DNA from: Candidatus Dojkabacteria bacterium
GTDB lineage: Bacteria; Patescibacteriota; Dojkabacteria; J137
Direction: 5' to 3'
Length of the DNA: 64,000 nucleotides
Assembly: GCA_030950485.1 (NCBI GenBank)
Contig: JAUZRK010000006.1
Coordinates: 19,975-83,974 of the forward strand
Each line of letters starts with the position of its first letter. The stretch's first letter is position 1. The position numbers were made by a program, and so were the translations under genes. Of this stretch, positions 59,373 through 64,000 are shown in pieces. The notes under the pieces were generated by a model. It searched no databases. It was not told the DNA's origin and saw only the letters and a program-made list of their open reading frames with translations.

Positions 59373-59555
59373 TTAATCCTTTTCTAAATCTAATACTATT
59401 ACTTCAACATTATCCAATTTTATCGTGTTTGAAGAATTATGAAAAACCAATGTAGCTAGTATCATTAATAAAATGATTAAACTAAATAGTTTCAAATAAG
59501 TTCTCTTAGTCGTAACTAGAGTATCCTTTATTGTGAACTTATCATAAGTATTCAT
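59373..59555 (-). CDS. Hypothetical small membrane protein.
   Basis: 60-aa ORF with one TM. Confidence 0.25.
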   Translation of the reverse strand: MNTYDKFTIKDTLVTTKRTYLKLFSLIILLMILATLVFHNSSNTIKLDNVEVIVLDLEKD

Positions 59556-59819
59556 ATAATTTATTTTAGTTACTTGCTAACTGTTCATATAGAATAAATT
59601 TCAATTGGTATCTAATTTAATAACTATGCCTTCATTAGCTCTTTTGAATATTTTTCATTCCATTCTTTTTTAGCTGTATGTAAGTTACATTTTGGGCATA
59701 GTTTCTGACTTCATATTTGTATTCTAGTAGTGATACTACTACCTATATATTCAATTTACAAATTTCAACCACAATATCTTACCTACTAGTCAGTATTTTG
59801 TTAACTTAACATTATCAAA

Positions 59820-60341
59820 CTAGAAAAACACAAATATTAAATCATCAGAAACTAAAAAGAATCCATCTATTAAATCGCTTTCATAAATTGGTGTACAGTT
59901 ATTCCCAAACTCAGAGAATAGCATTTCCGTAAACCAAAACGTACTATCTTTGTCTTCGAAATAGTTTACATTAGTATCATTTTCACTAAACCTCCCTTTT
60001 ACTTCAGAGTCCATACAAAACTCAAAACTCCAACTGTTCTTATTAGCATTCAATGTTATTAAACTTTCCTCATTCAGACTTATAGTTGAATACGAGTAAT
60101 AATCTGATGGCCCTGGTACAAATCTAGATATATTTTCTCCTTGAGCATATGTTCCCATAGTACCAGATTTAATTACAAGATCAGTATTTACAGCTGAACT
60201 TATTAACTTAACATCCGTTATTAAGTTCTCTGAATTATCTTCTTGGTTAGAGTATTCTTTTAATAAGAATACTCCAACACCCAAGATAACAACTAAAAGT
60301 AACATCATAACTGATATTTGTTTGTATAATCTTATATTCAT
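59820..60341 (-). CDS. Hypothetical exported protein.
   Basis: 173-aa ORF. N-terminal TM/signal (ISVMMLLLVVILGVGVFLL). Confidence 0.35.
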   Translation of the reverse strand: MNIRLYKQISVMMLLLVVILGVGVFLLKEYSNQEDNSENLITDVKLISSAVNTDLVIKSGTMGTYAQGENISRFVPGPSDYYSYSTISLNEESLITLNANKNSWSFEFCMDSEVKGRFSENDTNVNYFEDKDSTFWFTEMLFSEFGNNCTPIYESDLIDGFFLVSDDLIFVFF

Positions 60342-60495
60342 TAGTGTTTAGATTGTCATATTATAATATTTCAAACTATTATACTTTTCATATTCTCTTT
60401 TACTAACTTCCTCTATTGTCCTAGAATCAAAGTTACCTTTATCCCACTCTACTACTTGGATAACTTCTGAGTAATTCATATATGATTTAGCCCAA

Positions 60496-60936
60496 TCAAG
60501 CTCCTCCTATCGCAGCCTCGCCTCTATTAAAATTATATTTATCTTCAATATTTATTGATAACTGCATTCTATAGCTTTTTGACCCATCTGGATTACAAAC
60601 TTCTGTAATTACACCGCTGTTCCAATAGTAAAAAGAACCTAGAGTCCTTGCCCAATTAAATGTTTCAGGATATGGATAGTTTGCAGATTCGTTTGGGTAT
60701 AGACCTTGTAGATGTGGATTATTTCTGAGTCCAAATGCATGAACACCACTCGTGAAGCTACATGTCTCTATATTTTCATCTTTACAATATTTATACAGCT
60801 CCTCAGCATTTTTTTGTGCGCTTAGAATTAAGTTATCATATCCTTTCTTACCTGATTCATCATCTTTGAAAAAACCACTAGCATCTATATATCTATCGCT
60901 ACCATCGCCAGTTTGAAAGTTTCTATAAGCTCTATC
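60496..60936 (-). pseudogene. 146-codon open frame with no usable start codon (5'-truncated gene remnant), absent from the ORF track.
   Basis: Minus-strand translation DRAYRNFQTGDGSDRYIDASGFFKDDESGKKGYDNLILSAQKNAEELYKYCKDENIETCSFTSGVHAFGLRNNPHLQGLYPNESANYPYPETFNWARTLGSFYYWNSGVITEVCNPDGSKSYRMQLSINIEDKYNFNRGEAAIGGA*. It is protein-like, preceded by two in-frame TAAs, with no ATG/GTG/TTG until codon ~117. Confidence 0.4.
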
Positions 60937-60980
60937 TTAGATTAGATATTAGTGAAATACAAGGTGATGAGCTTGAAATA

Positions 60981-62006
60981 ATGAGAGGAGATTTATTTTC
61001 ATTTTATGAATTTTTATCAGATAGTTCTGATGAGGATACTTATTATATAATGGGGCAAGAGTACTTCCAGCAAAAAATTGATCATTTCCTAAGTAGGATA
61101 AGAATAGTAGAAAATGATAAGGGGAATTCACTGAGCTATTATGGAAAAAATCTTAGTAATGAATATATCATTATAGAAAGAGAAGAGCTTAATAATCTTA
61201 GTAGAGAAGAGCTAGTGTCATTATTTATAGACTTTTATGTAAATGATCTACCAGATAATCTTATAGAATTAGGAAATGGTGATAGATTTGTGCAACTTGT
61301 TTCTTTTGATAATCAAGGTTGGGTTGAAGTATTTAGATCTGATGGAGAGAGAATAATGATAAGAACACAGTTGAATAACGAGACAGGTCAGTATGATGTA
61401 ACTATTACAGATACAACACATAAAAGAGCATACGTAGGCGCTATGCTTAAAATGGATCTTTTACCTGGATATGTTCCTATCGAAGGAGAGTTTAATATTC
61501 AAACTAGCTTAGGACAAGATTGGCACGATCCAGTTTTTATAGAAGATATTGAGCAGATGATTACAAGACCTTCTCTCATGAATCGATTTATGTATGAAAT
61601 CATGGAAAGCAATATTGTGTTCAGGTATCTATCTTTACCCTGTGTTGGACAATTAAGAAGTGTTAACTATAACCCAATGCGAACAACTGATACAGAAGAG
61701 GGGATGACTTACAATAATTATATATACTTACCCATATTTATGTTTTATGAAAATCCAGGACTTGATGATCTTGATGAATCATTTTCTTCAAATGAGCAAA
61801 TAAATTCTCTTGAGTATAATGAGGAAATACCATTAAATTTACAAAGAATCTTGGATCAACGGATACAGGAAGAGATTAATAGGGTAATAAATGAAGAAGA
61901 CCTTGAACTATTCAATGAAGATGGTTATATGAATACAGGAGATATGTTTGAGATTTTAGATGAAATATTACCAAATATACATCGTTATTCTGTTCCTCAA
62001 GGATAA
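60981..62006 (+). CDS. Hypothetical protein.
   Basis: 341-aa ORF. Confidence 0.35.
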   Translation: MRGDLFSFYEFLSDSSDEDTYYIMGQEYFQQKIDHFLSRIRIVENDKGNSLSYYGKNLSNEYIIIEREELNNLSREELVSLFIDFYVNDLPDNLIELGNGDRFVQLVSFDNQGWVEVFRSDGERIMIRTQLNNETGQYDVTITDTTHKRAYVGAMLKMDLLPGYVPIEGEFNIQTSLGQDWHDPVFIEDIEQMITRPSLMNRFMYEIMESNIVFRYLSLPCVGQLRSVNYNPMRTTDTEEGMTYNNYIYLPIFMFYENPGLDDLDESFSSNEQINSLEYNEEIPLNLQRILDQRIQEEINRVINEEDLELFNEDGYMNTGDMFEILDEILPNIHRYSVPQG

Positions 62007-62053
62007 GTCCTATAAAACTAAAATCATAAAAGATAGAGTTAATAGTCTAAAAC

Positions 62054-63139
62054 TTACCCCAACCACCCTGCATAAGCTGCAATAACATACCCAACATAAG
62101 TCGCGATCAAAATTCCACCTACTAATCTACCAGCTCTAAACTTCTGTGAAGCTAAAAGCAGTAAAACCATAACTACTGTTGCGAATAATAAAAGAACAGA
62201 TGAGTTAACATTCTCCGCATCAATATCTTCCATATCTCCATTAATCAAAGTATAAATAAACAAAGGTAGACCTAAACTCATAAATATATCAAAAATATTA
62301 CTACCAATCGCATTACTTATAGCCATATCTCCACGACCCTCTTTTACAACTATCGCAGATCCAATCATTTCAGGAACTGAGGTTCCACCAGCAAGTATAG
62401 TAAGAGCAACGATACTACTCGGAACTCCTAACCCTACAGCGAAAGCTTCTCCACCAATAACTAACCAATAACTAGCAAATGCTATTAAAGCTAAAGAAAT
62501 TATAAATACAGGAATTGTCCATTTTTTCTTCTTCTCAACATCAGGAATTCTTTTTAAGAACATGTCTATCGGAAAGCATATTTTATTTAGAATTAAAACA
62601 TATTTATTGCTTTTCTCTCCTTTCTCCAGGTCTTTTTCTACTAATTCAATAGGATCGGGATCGCCCATATCATCTACCTTTTTAGTCCATATAATTAACA
62701 CCATTAGGTAAATAAAATATCCAAGAACCATTCCTCCGGATTCATAAACAGTTATTTTATTGTCGTGTATTACACCTATCAATACTAAAATACTAATTGA
62801 ATACATTATCCCGTCTCTAACTACAGGCTTCCAATTTAAATAAGAGGTTTTTACAATTGCTGCGAATCCAATTACAACTAATATTTGAAATATAGCTGAA
62901 CCTACAACTGTTCCAAGTCCAGTAGCAGGATTTGCACCTGCAAGAAATAATGCAAAGAGAGTAGTCGACAATTCTGGGGCACTTGTACCAGCTGCCATAA
63001 ATGTAGCTCCAGAAACTGACGGTGAAAGGTTAAAATATTTGGAAATATTATCAAGACTTTTTATAAAAATTTCATCAACTATTTTTGCTAGTGAATAGAA
63101 AGAAATTATTAAAATTACAAATGCAAGAATTGGGTTCAT
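62054..63139 (-). CDS. Ca2+:cation antiporter (CaCA / YrbG-type Na+/Ca2+ exchanger).
   Basis: Two alpha-repeat signatures (GTSAPELSTTLFAL; GGTSVPEMIGSAI). ~10 TM. Confidence 0.7.
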   Translation of the reverse strand: MNPILAFVILIISFYSLAKIVDEIFIKSLDNISKYFNLSPSVSGATFMAAGTSAPELSTTLFALFLAGANPATGLGTVVGSAIFQILVVIGFAAIVKTSYLNWKPVVRDGIMYSISILVLIGVIHDNKITVYESGGMVLGYFIYLMVLIIWTKKVDDMGDPDPIELVEKDLEKGEKSNKYVLILNKICFPIDMFLKRIPDVEKKKKWTIPVFIISLALIAFASYWLVIGGEAFAVGLGVPSSIVALTILAGGTSVPEMIGSAIVVKEGRGDMAISNAIGSNIFDIFMSLGLPLFIYTLINGDMEDIDAENVNSSVLLLFATVVMVLLLLASQKFRAGRLVGGILIATYVGYVIAAYAGWLG

Positions 63140-63242
63140 ATTATTTAATCATTAATTTAATATCAAATGTATTCTACAATATGAGAATCAAAAGAACAAA
63201 AGAGATTTTGAGTTACGGGTTATGGGATGTGTATCGAACTCC

Positions 63243-63312
63243 TAGTCTCTAGTCTCTAGTCTCTAGTCTCTAGTCTCTAGTCTCTAGTCTCTAGTCTCTA
63301 GTCTCTAGTCTC
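63243..63312. repeat. Perfect heptanucleotide microsatellite (TAGTCTC)x10 in the divergent promoter region between the CaCA antiporter and the HIT gene.
   Basis: Read directly: ten units from 63243 to 63312. Confidence 0.95.
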
Positions 63313-63349
63313 TAACTATATTATAATCTAACTACTTAATCAGAAAATT

Positions 63350-63766
63350 ATGAGTAAAATCAACGAAACTATTTTTACAAAAATTGCTAAAGGAGACATT
63401 CCTTCATTTAAATTGGGAGAAAATGAGAATGCGTTTGCTTTCTTAGATATTAATCCACTAATGCCAGGACATGCACTAGTCATTCCAAAAGTGGCATATC
63501 CTACCCTAATGGATACTCCGGATGATGTATTAGCTGATGTAATTAGACTTACAAAAGAAGTTGCTACTAAAATTAAAGAAAAGCTAAATGCTGATGGGGT
63601 TAATATTCAAAGTTCAAATGGAGTAGAGGCTAATCAAGATATTGAGCATCTACATTTTCATATAGTCCCACGATTTAAAACTGAAAATTTAGATATATGG
63701 GAAGGAATTAAAAAAGCCGACGATATTGAAGAATCTATAGAAGATATTTATAAAAGAATTATTTAA
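63350..63766 (+). CDS. HIT-family (histidine triad) nucleotide hydrolase.
   Basis: HLHFHIVPR histidine triad. 138 aa. Confidence 0.8.
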   Translation: MSKINETIFTKIAKGDIPSFKLGENENAFAFLDINPLMPGHALVIPKVAYPTLMDTPDDVLADVIRLTKEVATKIKEKLNADGVNIQSSNGVEANQDIEHLHFHIVPRFKTENLDIWEGIKKADDIEESIEDIYKRII

Positions 63767-63907
63767 ATTTCCTTTAATTGAGATGCGGCTACAGCTTTAT
63801 AAATAGCTGTAACTTGTTGTTTTTCTGATAAATTCAAAAGGTTAAATAGACCTATCCACTCTTGAAAATTATCTGGAGAGTGTAATAAAGTCTCAATATA
63901 AGCTTTC

Positions 63908-64000
63908 TATTCAGATTTTGTAAATTTTGTCCATTCTGCTTCAATTCCCTTTTTTCTTGCCGAGGTTTTTTTAAATACGCCTTTATACCTATATTTACTA
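63908..64000 (-). CDS. 3' end of a minus-strand gene running off the window (C-terminus ...SKYRYKGVFKKTSARKKGIEAEWTKFTKSE*).
   Basis: The frame is open from the window edge to TAG at 63910-63908. Lys-rich tail. Identity not determined. Confidence 0.3.

Noticed and set aside
1-64000. Alternative genetic code (UGA=Trp/Gly, or stop reassignment) as an explanation for split genes and in-frame stops.
   Set aside because: TAA, TAG and TGA each terminate intact conserved genes at the expected C-termini (for example TGA at 34807-34809, TAG after lysS, TAA after pyrG/efp). Long conserved ORFs contain no internal stops under the standard code. The gene interruptions are frame changes, not reassignable stop codons.
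1-64000. Eukaryotic, organellar or giant-virus origin.
   Set aside because: Raised by the AT-richness, the aaRS/tRNA content, and GTAAGAA resembling a 5' splice-site consensus. The window has EF-P + EpmA, a two-component kinase, BlaI/BlaR1, CcdA/DsbA, rho-independent terminators, overlapping/coupled genes and Shine-Dalgarno-like sites. These indicate a bacterium, and no intron-like structure was found in genes.

Overview
This is a 64 kb, visibly AT-rich segment that I judge to be bacterial chromosome. I did not compute G+C; my impression is roughly 30%.

It is bacterial rather than archaeal or eukaryotic. It has EF-P with its lysyl-lysine ligase EpmA, rho-independent terminators, a BlaI/BlaR1-like pair, a CcdA/thioredoxin pair, DsbA, a histidine kinase, and a bacterial-type tRNA-Glu(UUC).

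Gene density is high, with about 60 genes on both strands. Housekeeping genes include pyrG, class-2 pyrD, lysS, efp/epmA, anaerobic RNR genes nrdD/nrdG, IMPase, TrhO and tRNA-Glu. Envelope and secreted functions are prominent: a >1500-aa Cys-rich/DUF11-repeat surface protein that is partial at the 5' end, a processive GT2 with a QxxRW motif, dockerin-like modules, a Kazal-domain protein, M16 and M20 peptidases, and a CaCA antiporter. There is also an orphan histidine kinase in a tight operon with a methyltransferase, an adenylate-forming enzyme and an alpha/beta hydrolase.

The code is standard: TAA, TAG and TGA all terminate intact conserved genes.

The most striking global feature is gene decay or recoding concentrated in a minority of genes. 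At least six genes are each split into 2-4 abutting or overlapping ORFs in different frames: nrdD, a YdbT-like bPH membrane protein, an ABC ATPase, a Kazal+dockerin secreted protein, a second M20 peptidase, and a small membrane protein. Several lack any canonical start codon for their N-terminal signal or TM segment. Over the same window, all the long conserved genes (0.5-4.5 kb) are intact.

Other notable items:
- A ~640-bp cassette carrying a GxxExxY (PD-(D/E)xK) gene, flanked by ~90-bp direct repeats that are each internally palindromic. This is a candidate selfish or mobile element.
- Three heptanucleotide microsatellites. (GTAAGAA)7 lies directly after a stop codon; a degenerate copy of the same motif sits after another gene's stop inside a 270-bp CT-rich tract; (TAGTCTC)10 lies in a divergent promoter.
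- A LysRS fused to a C-terminal DUF2000/PTH2-like domain.

The window is chromosomal backbone with embedded small islands. I found no CRISPR, rRNA or integrase.
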